Shown: piece after piece, positions 12,513 through 26,732 of the stretch | How positions within the stretch are numbered: position 1 is the first letter of the stretch | Layout: each line of letters starts with the position of its first letter | Source: Phaeosaccion multiseriatum | Lineage: Eukaryota; Protista; Ochrophyta, other classes | Reading direction: 5' to 3' | DNA: 64,000 bases | Assembly: GCA_965112735.1 (NCBI GenBank) | Contig: OZ218957.1 | Coordinates: 2,480,001 to 2,544,000 of the forward strand | Made by a program: the position numbers and the translations under genes | The notes under the pieces: generated by a model | What the model was told of the DNA's origin: nothing | Seen by the model: only the letters and a program-made list of their open reading frames with translations | Databases searched by the model: none

Positions 12513-12983
12513 CTTTCCTCCAAAGGAAAGAAGCTCCACCTGCGACGATATCCAAGCAAAGCAAGAGCAAGAGCATCACAGTTTAGGTCTTGCGTCAGCC
12601 CATTGAGCCTGAATCTTTTACCCCCACCTTCTCTTCCTCACCTGCCCACTGCTCTCCTTTAACGTCCCTCTCTCCCCTGCTCCTCCCCGATAATTCCTCC
12701 CCCCCTCCCAGGCTTTGGCCGCCGCCGGATTTTTTAACGGTTCCATCCCATTCCTGTCCGAACGCAGGACGAAGAGATCATGGAGGGGAGGGAGAGATAG
12801 ATCGTAGAAGGACTGAAGAGCGTTACCCGTGGAGCAGTCTTCCCTCTAGGGAGTGCGGTGTTCACAGAGTGGACATAAGAATTTAGCAGAAGGCCAGAGA
12901 AGTCATTTCCATCAGTGCTTGTCCTCCGCTTCTGAACTTCTGCGCAAGCTGCTCTCCTTCTCCTATATACAATAACGGCGACA

Positions 12984-15900
12984 ATGGCGTCGGCGAGCAT
13001 AAAGGATGGCCAGGCCATCCTGGCGGGCGATGTCTTCCCCGATCTGCACCACAAAATGTCCAAAAAGATTGCCCAGCTGACCAAGGTCATCTATCACCTC
13101 AACACTAAGAACGAGGACAGACAGGTTGGTCGGTCGGTCGATCGGTTTGTTTGTCGTCCGTCTACCCCTTTGGTTGACGAGAGGACAGGGAAGCTGCAGC
13201 AGTAGCAGTGATGAAAGATGTCACGGTGGTTCTCCTCGTGTTCATGCTGCTTCTCCTGATCCTGCCCTCTCTCACCCTCCTTCCCCCCTCCCCCCCTCTT
13301 CGGGATCCTTGCCTTACTCCCTTCAACTTTCTCACCCTCCTCCCCCTCACTCTTCTCCCCTCCTTCCCTCCTCAGTTCGAGCTGCAGGAGGTGAAGACGC
13401 ACCACCAGAAGGAGATGCAGGACATCTTACAAGACGCAGCCAGCAAGATCTCGCGCTTTAAGGAGCAGCTCGAGGGCCGCAGGGGAGAGCTCAACCTGGA
13501 GGCACAGCTGGGTGAGTGCATGAGGCAGGGGGAGGAGGGAAGGAGGGGAGGAGGGGAGGGAGGGAGGCAAAGGAGGTCACTCACGCTCGACGGTACAGCA
13601 ACGCAGAGAGGGACACAATGGAACTTGCCGTGTAGGGGGTGGATAGGATGCATTACCTGTTTCCTGTAAACTCGCCTGCGGAGTGAGTGAAGTTCGCATT
13701 CATGTCTATCGCACGTGCATCGTATGTGTGTCGTGGGGTGTATGGGATTCTTGATTGCGGGGAATGTCCAACCCGCCCGCCCGCCTACCCACCCACGCCC
13801 TCGTGTACCTACGAACCACAGGCAAGGCCAAGGAGAAACATCTCAAGGAGAAGAAGATCGCAATGGACGAGTTCAGAGCCTTCAAGGCGGGGGCCTCGGA
13901 AAGAGAGGAGCAGCTCACTCAAGACGCAAAGGTCAAAGTGGAGGCCTTGGCCGAGGAGATTGCAGAGCAACGAGGCAAGTTCGAGCAAGCCGTCAAGTTG
14001 TTCAAGCAACGGATGGAGGAGCTGAGAGAGGGGCAGGGTAGGGCGCAAATGGATTTGGACAGAGAGAAGGACAAGCACACCACAGAGCTTGCCGACCATG
14101 TTCGTCAGAGCAACGAGAAATACAGCCGGGCCATGATTGATCGACGCATTCGCGAGGAGGAGCTGCAGCAGCAGTTGCGGGCGAGTGTGGCGGCTGCCGA
14201 GGCCACGGCGCTACAGCGGGCGGCAGCGGAGAACCAACAGGCTATGGGCAAGCTCCGGGCTCAGTTGGCGGCCGAGAAGGAAGCGGCACTGACGGCACAC
14301 AGGAGGGACGCTTCGGAGGGCTTGAGAAGGGAGAGAGGAGAGCTGCTGGAGAAGGTAGAGAGGGCAATGACGGAGGCGCAGCAGCTCGTGGGGAAGAACG
14401 CGCTGTTGCAGGAGAGGGGGGATGGATTGGAGAGGGAGAGAGATGCTCTTGCGGGACAGGTGGAGGCGTATCGGCAGGAGAAGGAAGCGGCAGGGCAAGC
14501 GGCGGGGGCAGCCGGAGCAGCGGCACAGAAGGAGAAGGAGGAGATGAAACGGCTGTTGGCGGAGCGTGGAGAGGAGATTGATCGCGTGACAAGACAGTTG
14601 CAGGAGCAGGAGGGTCGCATGAAGGGGGAGGGCAGGGCCAAGAGGGAGTTGGAGGACTCTGTCAAGCGGCTGCAAGACGAGGCAGTCGAGTTTAAGGCGG
14701 CCATGGCGAAGGAGCTGACGATAAGGGAGGAGGCGTTGGCGGTGCAGGAGGGACAGATGGAGGCATTGAAGCGCTTGGCGGGTTCGGAATCTAGCGTCGC
14801 CAAACGTGATTTGGCCGAGAGGGAGAAGGAGCTGGAGGGGCTTCGGGCGAGGCTCAAAGAGGCCGAGGCGAGGGCAGAGAGGGAGAAGAAGGAGGAGGCG
14901 GAGAAGGCAGAGCGGCTCCTCCAGAGGGAGAGAAATGAGGCGAGAGAGCAGGTGGGGAGGGGCAAGAAGGCCTTGGAGGAAGCACGGGCGAATGCTAGCA
15001 AGGTTCTTGCTGAGGTCAAGGCCCGGGCGGAGGAGGAGAGGATGAAGATGAAAGCAGAGCATGAGAGCAAGGTACTGGGGCTGGAGGCAGCGAGAGAGAG
15101 TTTGACGGAGAGTAAAGGGCAGGAGGTGGAGAGTTTGCTGCGAGAGTGGAAAGCCAAGGAGGAAGACTGGCAGCAGATGACCAAGGCAGCACAGGAGGCA
15201 GCGGCTCAGGCGGCGGATGTGGCGAGGGGGAAGGAGGCGATGGCGCTGGAGCAGCACACAAAGCAAATGAGGGGTTTACAGGCGGAGTTGGATGGGGTGA
15301 GGGCGGCGGCCCGTATCGCCGAGCAGGAGGCCCAACAAATGGCCCAACAAGAGGCACGTAAGGCCAAGCGCAGTGCGGAGGAAGCAGCCGCGGCAGCTGC
15401 CGATGCCGCCGTGAAAAGGGAGGGAGCGGAGGAGCTGAGGGCAAAGGGGAGACTTGTGGAGCAGAAGCTCGAGGCCGAGAGCAAGAGGAGGGAGGGCTTG
15501 GAGAAGGAGTTGTGTAGAGTCAGAGAGGAGAGGGAGGCAGTGGGGAAGCGGCTGGCGGAGGCAGAGAGGCGAAGAGAGGAGGGCGTCCGGCAGGCCAAAG
15601 CGGCAGCGGAAGAGGCTGAGAAGGAGTGGGAGGCGAAGGTGGTGAGTCTCACAGGCAGTGTGGGGCAGGCGGCCGTGGCGGCGGAGAAACGGCTCGGCGA
15701 TGAGCTGAGTGCGTTGCGCGCCGAGCTGCAGGAGGAGAGAGAGAGAGAGGGAAAAGAGTGGGCGTCCAAGCTCACCCAAGTCCAGGAGGCGGCGGAGAGA
15801 CAGCGCGAGAAGGAGGGGGAGGAGGCGAAGCGCAAGAGGAAAGAGGATAGAGAGGCCTGGGCCAAGAGGAGCGCGGACGAGCTCGAAGCGGCGGTGGCGT

Positions 15901-17033
15901 TGGTGGAGGAAGGGAGGAAGAGCGAGGCTGCCCTTGCTAGGGAGGGGCACAACAAGAGGCTGGCGGAGATGGAGGACCAACACGCAGGGGTGCTTGAGCA
16001 GCTCAAGCAGGAGCTGAAGGCCAAGGTAGAGCAAGCGGCGGAGGAGGTCGGGAAGGCGTTACAGAAGGGTCGGGTGGAGACGCAGAAAGAGGTGAGCCAG
16101 GCGAGGAAGGAGGGCAGGGAGGCGGCAGCGGTGGTGAGGGCAAAGCACGAGGCGGAAACCACGAGGCAGAGGGAGGAGGCGGAGGGCAAGTTGAAGGGTG
16201 TGCGAGCGGAGTGGGAGGCGACGTTGAAGGAGCTGGGGGCGGAGAAGGAGGAGAAGGAGAGGCTCGGCATCGTGTTGAAGGAGGCGAAAGAGTCGTTTGC
16301 GGTACTGCGACAGGAGATGGCTCAGCAGGAGGCAAGGGCTAGGGAGAGAGAGGGCGAGCTGAAGGACGCATTTGCTTCGGCCACGGCAAGCAAGTTGGTG
16401 ATACACGAGGAGGCCGTGAGGGTCCTGGAGGCGCAGCAAACCGAGGAAAAAGCGCTCTTTTCTCGCCAGTTGGAGGAATTGGGAGCGGCGCTGAGGGAGG
16501 CGGAGGATCGATTCGCAATGCGTCCGTCCAGGGAGGAGGACGTGGAGTTGATTCGGCGGTTACAGAGAGAGTCACTGGGGAAGGACGCGTTGGTCAAAAA
16601 GACCATCGAAGAAATGGCCTACTTCAAGAGAGAGCTGCTCAACAGGGAGGAGGTGTACAATCGAAAGTTCAACGCCAATCCTAACGTTGGGGTGATGGAG
16701 GTGGTGAAAGGTCGATCAGGAGGAGGAGGGCTGAGTATCGGAGGCATCGGAGGAGGAGGAGGAGGAGGAGGAGGAGGAGGAGGAGGAGGAGGAAATGGTG
16801 GGAGTGGCGTGGCACCAGGAGGGAGAAAGGGCGGTCGACCTCCTCGTAAGTCCCACCATCGAAGCGTGAGCCTCGGCACCAACGGAGTGCCGGAGGGGGG
16901 GGGGGGAGGGAGCAGTGTCAGCAGTGGTGGAAGTGGGGGCGTAGGGGAGAGAGAGAGAGGTCCCCGTATTCCTGTGGACCGACGCCACTCTATGCCCTCC
17001 AACCAAAGCCCTCAGTATGGGCCCTCAAGATGA
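12984..17033 (+). CDS. FAM184: FAM184A/B-like long coiled-coil protein
   Basis: Exons 12984-13124, 13376-13511, 13822-17033. N-terminal signature LHHKMSKKIAQLTKVIYHLNTKNED, ~1000 aa of heptad-rich E/K/R/A sequence, and C-terminal RPSREEDVELI..FKRELLNREEVYNRKFNANPNVGV typical of the family. Confidence 0.85.
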
Positions 17034-17320
17034 GGAGGTGAAGAGGCGGGGGGAGGGTGAGCGTGGCGACAGATGGCGACAGATGGAGACAGATGGCGAC
17101 ATGAGGCACAGTAAGATAAGATAATGTGATGGTATTGTCATATGGTATGTCGTACAGCGCTTGCTTGTTTGCGCGTGATGAGTCGGTCAAATCCCCTCTT
17201 AAAGCAGCCCTGCTGGCCCTGGAGCCAGCCTAACCTACCTACCTACTACTTCCTAAACAAGTAGCCTAACCAACCTACCAACCCACCTAGCTAGGTCTAG
17301 GTCTAGGGCCGCTACAGCCA

Positions 17321-18417
17321 CTAGAGAGCCTTCTTAGACCCTACCGGCTGCCCCACCTCCACCGCCACGCTATTGTGGGGCAGACTCGTTGTGCTTCTTG
17401 GGTTGGGACTCAGACAAACGGACCTGTTGGTGACGCCGTCGCCAGCCTCGGACCTGCGGTACTGCTGCTCCTGCTGCTGCTGCTGCTGCTTAGTAGTAGT
17501 ACTAGTAGTAGCAGCAGGAGCAGCAGTTACAGAAGCCCCCCCCATCCCCCAAGTCCAAAGACAGCTCATCCAACACCAGCAGCACGTCACGCCACACACT
17601 ACCCTCGCCCCCAGCGAGCGAGCCACCCTCCGCCCCACCACCCCGACCAACACACCCACCAGTATCACCAACAGGCCCACCACCCCAGTCGCCAACCCGA
17701 GCCGCTCCACCGCACAGCCCGAGGGAATGACCGGAGTTGAACACATGTCCAGGGCCTCAAGGTGGGTTTCCATCCGGTCGCATGTGCTTCGTGTGAAGCC
17801 CAGCACGGGCGTTCCGGGGGGGAGATGACTTCCTCCTCCTCTTCCTCCTCCTCCTCCTCCTGCTGCTGCTCGACCCCCACTCCCCACCGCTCGAACGGAG
17901 TAGACGAGCTCTCCTCTACACACGGGAGGCCCGTCCCCCCCTGGGCAGAGCTCGCAGCCCACCTCTTCTCCTCCTTGCGCAGCAGCAGCCGTAGCACCAC
18001 CACCACCACCACCACTCTCAGCACTCGGTGATGCAGCCCAGTCAATCTCCAGGAAGCCAAAGTTTCGCCCCAAGAAGAAGCCGCTCCGTGGGTCTGGGTC
18101 GCTACCACCATCACCACCGCCCTCACCATCACCATCACCATCACCATCACCCTCCCCTGCCCCTGCCCCTGCCCCAAGCAATGCCTGCAGCAAGGCGCCT
18201 ATCCCGTGCATTGCCCGTTCCCCTCCATCTCCTCCTCCTCCTCCTCCTCCTCCTTCTGCTCTCTGTGAGGTGGAGGCGGAGGCGGCGGCGCTCCACACGT
18301 CTTCAGCGACTTCATCCCATCCCACCCATCCCAAGCCTCTCCCTTGCTGCTGCTTCTGCTTCTGTGCCACCAACTGTTGCCCCTGTTTCTGCCCCTGTTG
18401 CTCCTGCTGTACCACCA

Positions 18418-18450
<33 letters not shown>

Positions 18451-18801
18451 TCATCTCCCCCTGTCGTTTGGCTATCCACCTCCCGAGAGAGTATCCCCCC
18501 TGGCCCCAAGAGGGCGCTCTATGTACGCTCCAATACCTCAACACCTTGCTCACCGTCCTCTCCCCGTACTCTCGCGCGCTGTGCGTGAGCCCACTGGTGG
18601 TGATCTCCAGCACCCCCAAAGCTTCAGCTTGTTGGTGGCCCTCCTCGCTGCCCCCCTCTCCCCCCCCTACTCCCAGGCTCGGACAGTCGGCGATGGCCAC
18701 ACCGTGATTTAGCTCAGCGAAATGGACGTCGCCGGAGATGACCGCAAGGCCTCGGGGCTTGGTCTGAGTTCGTACGGAAGTATGTGTGTGTGTGCGCGCG
18801 C

Positions 18802-18837
<36 letters not shown>

Positions 18838-18887
18838 GTGTGTGTGTGTGTGCGTGTGTGTGTGTGTGTGTGTGTGCGTGTGTGTGT

Positions 18888-18918
<31 letters not shown>

Positions 18919-20445
18919 GTGTGTGTGTGTGTGTGAACGCATCGGTACGTGGGTGGGTGGGTGCATGCGGAGTTCAGGGGAGAGAAGGGTGGCCGCTAAG
19001 CGTGTGAGAGTCGCAAGTAGAGGTGGTTGTGTCCTGATGACTCATGACTCCTCAGATGACGTCATCGTGCCATCAAATGCCATCGCGACACTCGTGTTGA
19101 ACGTACTCCTCTTCTCTGGTTACCTGATTGAGCAGGTGGAGCAGCCTTTGCTTGCTGCGAGGAAAGTATCCCCAACTCTCCTGCACAGTCACAGTTGTCA
19201 GCACCTGCGGCGGAGGAGGGAGGGAGTGAGGGAGGGGAGAGAGGGGAGAGAGGGGAGAGAAGGGAGAGAGGAAGGCCGAGTGAGATGGACCCAGCTGTAT
19301 CACCAACTGCTGTGCCGCTGCATCACCAATAACTGCTGCTTTACAGTCTTTGCCACACCGCAATAACATCACATCACGCAAGCACGTACACAAAAACCAA
19401 AAGCGTCGACGGGGGGAAGTGGGGGGGGCGGTCAACGCACTGAAACTGAAACTGACACTCCGTCCCTCCCTCCTCCCCTCCCCTCCTTCTTTCCCTCCCT
19501 CCCTCCCTCCCTCCCTCCCCTCCCCTCCTTCTTTCCTCCCTCCCTCCCTTCCTCCCTCCCTCCCTCCCTCCCTCCCCTCACCTGAACGGTACTAACGAGG
19601 ATGTGCGCTGCTGCGGGGCTGTCCGAGAGCTCCTCCTCAAGGAAAGCCCACTGCTCCTCCCCCAGCATATCTCCGTCGTAGTCCGACCCTAGGCAGAAAG
19701 CAGTGGACACCGCCCGAGCCAACGCCCCCACTCTCGCGCTGAAGGGTAGGCGTGCGAACCAGGGCGAAGAGAGGAAGCTGAGGTAGAAGAGGTCTCGCTC
19801 TGTGCGGACATCAAGGAAGATGATCTGAGAGAGAGAGAGAGAGAGAGAGGTGAGGGAGGTGGTGGGAGGGAGGGAGAGAGAGGGGGGGGGCATCCCCTCA
19901 CAACACACACACTACCACACACACATATGCACATATACCCTCACACGCATTCACACACACAGGGCCCACACCTTAATCTGCTTGGGGCCCGTGCCGAGTG
20001 TCCGGGTGTGGTACAGCGCACTCTTGTTGCTCCCGTCTGGCCTCCTCAGTCTCTCTCGGCGAGGGTCTGTCTCCGGCGCTCCCAGGAAGTCGAGGAAGAG
20101 GCTCTGTCGCTCCACCTTGTCCCCCAGCTCCTTTCCGGCGTCATTCACGCCCATGTCGTGGTCGTCATAGACTCCATCCACTATAACGCCCGTCTCGAGG
20201 AAGCGCTGGTAGGCTTCCACCTCGGACTGCTTCTCGTAGGCCTCTCGGAGCGCCTCCACGCTGCCTTCTTCGCTATTGTAGACGGCGTCACCGGCCCAGA
20301 GCCACACCTGCGGAGCGAAATCCCTTGTAAGCACATCCCAGACAGGCTGCTCCTCGTACTGCTTGTTGCACGAGCCGAAGGCAATCCTCGTAACGTCCTT
20401 CTCGCTGTCATCGCTCCTCTCCTCCGCGAAGGCCTGGTTGCTCAT
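17321..20445 (-). CDS. phoD: PhoD-family alkaline phosphatase D with C-terminal transmembrane anchor (true start may lie further upstream)
   Basis: Exons 20445-19972, 19824-19582, 19204-19124, 18763-17321. Motifs [71 protein letters not shown]. Hydrophobic [20 protein letters not shown] near the C-terminus. Confidence 0.9.
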
Positions 20446-21019
20446 CCTTTCCTCTTTATCTCCACACAGCTCTATCAGGTCAGACGTTAGACGTCCCCTC
20501 CTCGTCGGCGTCGTTCCCCTTTGTTGTGGCTCTATTACTTTCGTGAGCGTCGTTCTCCTTTGTTGTGGCTCTATTACTTTCGGCGTGTTTACGTGAACAC
20601 CTCCGCTGAAGGCATCCTTCTTCTTGCTCGCCGTCCAGCTCTAATAGGTCAGCTGCAAGACAAGAGAGTTAAGGCGCGCATGTATACAGCTTCGCTTCGT
20701 GTGAGCCGCCGCAGCAGGACGCAACGCATGCATGAACGAGTCGGCCCGAATGTTCCAGAGGTTACTTTTAGCCCTCGACTTTGAGTGTCGAGTGTTGAAT
20801 GTTGAGGTTGATTGTGCTTTTTTTTCCCCCTCGTTTACCGGGGCTCAGTGGGTTCCTCTCAGGCCCTCCCTCACCCCCCGCTTTCCCTCTTCAGTGCTCT
20901 CTTGTCCAATCATACACTGTACCACCAACTCTTCTCACTTCCCTCCTTTCCTCCTCGCCTTCGTGTTTGTGCTGTCATGCTGTCATGATGTCATCCTTTG
21001 TGCGGCAGAAGAGACATCT

Positions 21020-21032
21020 CTCTGTCTGTCTA

Positions 21033-21067
<35 letters not shown>

Positions 21068-21124
21068 GTCTGTCTGTCTGTCTATCTGTCTGTCTGTCCG
21101 TCTGTCTGTCTCCCTGTCTGTCTA

Positions 21125-21199
<75 letters not shown>

Positions 21200-21282
21200 G
21201 TCTGTCTGTCTGTCTATCTGTCTGTCTGTCCGTCTGTCTGTCTCCCTGTCTGTCTATCTGTCTGGTCTGTCTGTCTGTCTGT
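21020..21282. repeat. (TCTG)n microsatellite
   Basis: Directly visible. Confidence 0.9.
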
Positions 21283-21500
21283 CCTCCTCTACTGAGCTGC
21301 TATACAATACATCGCAAGCCCCGTACACTAGAGTAGGCTCATGCTAGTGTGTCATCGGTCTACCACAAAGCATCACATCACATCACATCACACTTGCACA
21401 TCGCCTTGTCCAAGCCCGTCCTCTGCCTCATCAATTGGTGCTCTTCGATCCCTTCAGTGCTATGGCCCATCTGTGGTTCGATCCGCTGCTCCTCCTCCTC

Positions 21501-21534
<34 letters not shown>

Positions 21535-22093
21535 CGTCCACCGCTGGACTGACTGACTGACTGACTGACTGCCTGCCTGACCGACTGACTGACTGCCTGA
21601 CTGCCTGACTGACTGACTGACTGACTGCCTGCCTGCCTGACTGGCTGACTCACAGACTGACTTGCCTGTGACATCCATCGTTCGGGACCATGGACATTGC
21701 TCGAAGACGCTGAAGGCCGTGTGTTGTGTGTGCGTGTGTGTGTGTGTGTGCATACATACCCCAATGGCTGTGGTGCTCTCCAGTCTCCACTCGCTGCTCA
21801 CTCCATCCGTCGTGCTTCCCACCCCGTCCCTCTCCCACTAGGCGGCGGAGCGGAACAAAGTGTGGAACAAGTGGCCTGACACAAGCCTTACAGCAGCAGC
21901 ACCACGCTACTCACCCGACTCGACCGACCGAGTGGAAGGGAGGGAAGGGGGGGGGTGCGGCGGTGCGTGCGTGCGTGCGAGCGTGGGTGATGGAGCTTAC
22001 GTACACGCATATCCATCCCTTCTGGCTGGCCTCCTTCGCTGTGCGTGGGTGCGTGCGTGTGTGCTCTGCGCACGCGTGTGTGTGTGTGTGTGT

Positions 22094-22135
<42 letters not shown>

Positions 22136-22138
22136 TCC

Positions 22139-22202
22139 CTACTTGACTTGCTTGAGCAGCTGCACCACGTAGTCCAGGCTGGGGTCTCCAAGGAGCACCA
22201 CT

Positions 22203-22258
<56 letters not shown>

Positions 22259-23055
22259 AGTTGAACCTTGAGAAGAGAACACAACAGCACGGTACAGGAA
22301 GAGACGGGCGGAGGGCGGACGGAGTGACTCCTACTCAGCCTCCCCCTCATCCTCATCCTCACCCTCACCCTCACCTTCCCCCTCATCCTCACCCTCACCC
22401 TCACCCTCACGCTCACACTTTCCCTCTGCCCTCACCATCATACGCTTCCAAGTACTTGTCCATCCTCTCCTAAGGGGCAGGCAGGCAGGCGGGCGGGCAG
22501 GCAGGCAGGCAGGCAGGCAGGCGGGCAGGTAGACAGGTAGACAGTTGGATCAGTTTGATCAGTCAGACGAGTGGGAGATGGGGGATGGCAACATTTGGCG
22601 GGGCAGGATGGAGGGGAGGGAAAGAGGGGATGGGGGGAGGTCTAATAACTTCAACTACAACTGCAACTGCACCCACTTACCTCGACTTTATCGTTGAGGA
22701 AACCGACGGAGAGCACCTGCGTCAGGGAGGGAGGGAGGGAAGTAGGTGTCAGGACCCTACGAAGATTCAGTTTCAGTTGAATAGACAACCAACCAACCTG
22801 CTTGGCCTCCAGCCCCTCCACCATGTTTGGGTCACCGAGGCTGTCTCCCAACAGAAGGATGTTGGCTCTCCGCTTCACCTGTAGTGGGAGGGAGGAAGGA
22901 TCGTAGAGGGGGGGGAGGATCGCCCCAGTGAGAGAGAGAGAAAGAGATGGATGGAGGGACAGGGGAAGAGAGGTAAGACAGGGAGGGGAGACAGAGAGAC
23001 AGAGAGAGAGAGAGAGGGAAGAGAGAGAGAGGGGGGGGGGGGGGAGAGGGAGAGG

Positions 23056-23096
<41 letters not shown>

Positions 23097-23476
23097 GGAG
23101 AGAGAGAAAGAAAGAGGGGAGACAGACAGAGATGGAGGGAGAAAGGCCCGCAACGCAAGGAGAGAAACAAGGACAGTGAGAGAGCGAAGAGAAGGGAGAG
23201 GAGAATGTGAGAGCGAAGAGAAGGGAGAGGAGAATGTGAGAGCGAAGAGAAGGGAGAGGAGAATGTGAGAGCGAAGAGAAGGGAGAGGAGAATGTGAGAG
23301 CGAAGGGAGAGGAGAATGTGAGAGCGAAGAGAATGGAGAGGAGAATGTGAGAGCGAAGAGAAGGGAGAGGAGAATGTGAGAGCCAAGAGAGAGGAGAATG
23401 TGAGAGCGAAGGGAGATTGACAGGGAACGGGGGAGTAGAGAGAGAAGGGGAGCGCACACATACACCCACACACAAA

Positions 23477-23518
<42 letters not shown>

Positions 23519-23634
23519 AGAATGTGAGAGCGAAGGGAGATTGACAGGGAAAGGGGGAGTAGAGAGAGAGAAGGGGAGCGCACACATACACACACAAAGA
23601 CACGCAAACACAAACACACAAACACACAAACACA

Positions 23635-23670
<36 letters not shown>

Positions 23671-25230
23671 CCTACCTCGTCGCTCTGAAAGTAGGGCTCT
23701 TCCTGCACCCCCAGGGCGTGCTTGTTAAACACGTGAAAGAGTGTGCCTACAAAGGCCTCGACGTCGCCATTTGCAAAGAAGCGCATCTTGTTGCTGATGA
23801 CGTGTGTGGTGGAGGGAGGGGGGGTGTCGGAGTGCTGTGCAAGCACCTCGGAGAGTACGTCTGTACACAAGAGAGGGGGAGTACCGGCCAGAACAGCACA
23901 GCAAAGCAAAGCAAAGCAACGTAACGTAAGCAAAACAGACAAAATACGCAAGCCAGTACTGTAAGCAAACAACAAAGCGACCGAGGGGTTCCCCGCCCCC
24001 CTCCATCCTCACCTCCCCCCTCCCCTCCCTCCTCACCTCTACCCTCCCCTCCCTTCCCTTCCCCTCCCCTCCCCTCCCCTCCCCTCCCCTCCTACCTGCC
24101 AGGCCGGCGCTGAAGATGAGCAGGGGTATGGCTTGTGCCTCCAGGTGTGCGAAGAGTTCGGCATGCCCCTCCCGCAGCCTGATGTTGGCGTGTTGCACCG
24201 CCTGAGGGGGAGAGCACAGCCGTTGGTGATACATCAGAGCAGCAGTTGGTGATGTAGCAGCAATTGACGATACAGGAGCAGTTGGTGATACACAAGCAGG
24301 AGGCAGTGTGTGGGCAGTAGCAGAGCAGCAGCAGCAGTAGCAGCAGCAGGAGGAGGAGGAGGGGGGGGGGGGTTGACCTCTGCGTCGCTGCTGACCTGAC
24401 CTGCTGGATTTTGCGCTTGGTGAGGCCATGCTCAAGGATGAGATCGTGGGCCTTACCAACCCACTCCTCCATGAACCTTGGGGGGAGGAGGGGAAGAAGG
24501 GGAAGCGGAGGGGGGGGGGGGGGTTAGGGGGTTGAAGTGCGAGGCTCTCGTCGGAGCAATTATGACGAGGAGAGATGGAAGAAGGAAGGCAAAAACCAAA
24601 AAAAATTGCAGGCGATCATACTCACCAACCAGAGAGACACACACAAAGAGAGAGAGAGTGTGGGTGTGTGTGCGTGTCAGAGAAGGAGGGAGAGAGGCGA
24701 AGGAGCGAGGCATAGGATTACATAGTTGGCCGAGAGGGCGCAGGAACCAGCCACGTTCAATTCCTGAGAGCCGGCCTCTCACCTGACCCGCTCGTCGTGC
24801 GAGAGGGAGTGGTCCACTTCGAGGGGATAGTAGTGGTTCTTGAGAGCAACAGCCTTGGTGTGGTACTCCTCTGAGAGCAGGCCGCACTCTTCTATTACGC
24901 CGTGGCAGCTGCAGCCCCTCCTGGTGGACGAACACACGGTAGACAAGTGAGGACGGGGTAGGGGGGGGGGAGATCGAGAGAAATAAGAGAGACCGATGGA
25001 GACACACACACCAAGAGAGAGACCGCTGGAGAGAGAGAGAGAAAGGGATGCGGGGAGACGGATAGAAACAGGGACACACAGAGAGAGAGAGTGAGTAAGA
25101 GATGGACTGAGAGGGAGAGAGACATGCAGAGACGGAGAGAGAGACGGGATATGAAGAGGCAGACAGGAAGTACAAAGGGACAGAGAGAGACACACACACA
25201 GAGAGAGAGAAAGAGATAGGAACACACACA

Positions 25231-25287
<57 letters not shown>

Positions 25288-25513
25288 AGACTAACCTTCC
25301 CCCCACGTAGAACGCGGTGAGCGTAAAGTCGAAGTCAGCTATGACCTGAACGTGGTCATTGCCGGCTGCAGTGAGCGCCGCAATCTTATCTGCCAAGAGG
25401 GCGGGATTCTTGCTCAGCACCTGAGGTGACACCTCGAACCGCCTCCTCTTCTCCTGCTGCTCCTCCTCTTTGAGCTGCTCCTCCGCTGCTTTCCTCTCTT
25501 CCTGGGGAGGCAT
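22139..25513 (-). CDS. NT5C3: Cytosolic 5'-nucleotidase III / pyrimidine 5'-nucleotidase (HAD family)
   Basis: Nine phase-consistent exons: 25513-25296, 24920-24783, 24476-24401, 24201-24096, 23860-23676, 22878-22798, 22716-22681, 22469-22436, 22200-22139. Motifs VIADFDFTLT, HYYPLEVD, MEEW, LLIFSAGLAD, VISN, HVFNK, LLLGDSLGD, VGFLN, YDVVL. Confidence 0.92.
23176..23600. repeat. Intronic ~29-bp minisatellite (gagaagggagaggagaatgtgagagcgaa, ~9 copies) plus a ~120-bp-period duplication
   Basis: Directly visible tandem units 23176-23415; block gagaatgtgagagcgaagggagattgacaggga..gcgcacacatacac recurs at ~23394 and ~23518. Confidence 0.85.
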
Positions 25514-25819
25514 GACCCCTGTCCTCCACTGTCTCCTCTTCACCACCGCCCCGTCGGTGGTTGTTTTTGTTCGTCGCGTTCGCGTTAAAGGATCCAGTTT
25601 CCAGTTTCAGCTCCAAGCCCCCTCCCCCTTCACCCCCCCCACAGCACGAGCAATACAATCACAGCGAGGGTAGATGAGGGAGGGAGATTAAGGCTGAGGT
25701 ATCGAACGTCGGTTACTTTGGAGTGGCTTTCCAAGGCCGAAAGCGCGCGAGAAGGGGCAACGGGGGGGGGGAAGCCTCACTATAATGACTTGTTGAACAA
25801 AGGAGAGAGCAGCTTGGAG

Positions 25820-26659
25820 ATGGACTACCCGGAGGTAGTAGTAGTAAACGATCTCTACCCGATCCCAGCAGGGCCAGGACAACGAGACCGACGTGCTCTG
25901 GAGGGGAGAGTCGCAGGGCTTGCGGGGGCTCTCGTGAGAAGGGCGAGAGCTGCGTCCAAGCCATGGCTGGGCTATCCCAGGACAGTGGTGGTTTCCATCG
26001 GCCTCATTGCGGCCATGCTCTCCACCTTCCTCTCCATGCTCTTCATCCATGCAGTACTCTTGCTCCTGGCGGGCGGCACGGCCTGTCTTGGCCTGAGCCT
26101 CGTGGCTCTGAATGAGCTGAGGACGAAGGTGCGGGGCGGGAACTGGGGAGTCGTCGCCGGGGTAGTAGCAGTGGGGCAGGGGTATCACCGTGTGGTGACG
26201 GGTGGACTTGCCGTGACAAGGTACCTGCAGAGGGGGTTGAGGACGCTGGGGGGATATCTTTGTCACCTCCTGATGCAAGAAGGAGAAGAGCAGGGGCGGC
26301 GGCGGGAGAGGAGGAGGAGGGGGCGGGATAGGCGGTTGCGAGGCGGAGGCGAGCGTTGGTCGGACAACGACGACAACGATGATAGTGAGGATGAAGGTGA
26401 GGCTGGGTATCTCCAGAACGACGCTGGGGGGGGCTTTGGCTTTGACGCAGATGATAGCGACAATGATTCCATGATCAGCATGGTGTCTGAAGAGAGCCTC
26501 TCATCAGGGGCCGAGGGGGGGGAGCAGCAGCGGCAGGAGGAGAATGACACCACGGAAGAGGAGGGGACGGAGTGGGAGAATAGGGCTGGGAGAGGGAGAG
26601 GGAGGGGGCGGGGGCGGGGGCGGGGGCTGCGACAGCTGTTGTCACCTTACTTAATGCTC

Positions 26660-26732
<73 letters not shown>

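Noticed and set aside
14211-16606. Several long minus-strand ORFs
   Set aside because: Antisense shadows of the FAM184 coiled-coil exon.
20507-20582. 39-bp tandem duplication (and similar ones at 37276-37350, 58424-58495)
   Set aside because: Isolated two-copy duplications without TIR/TSD or splice-junction content; ordinary slippage products.
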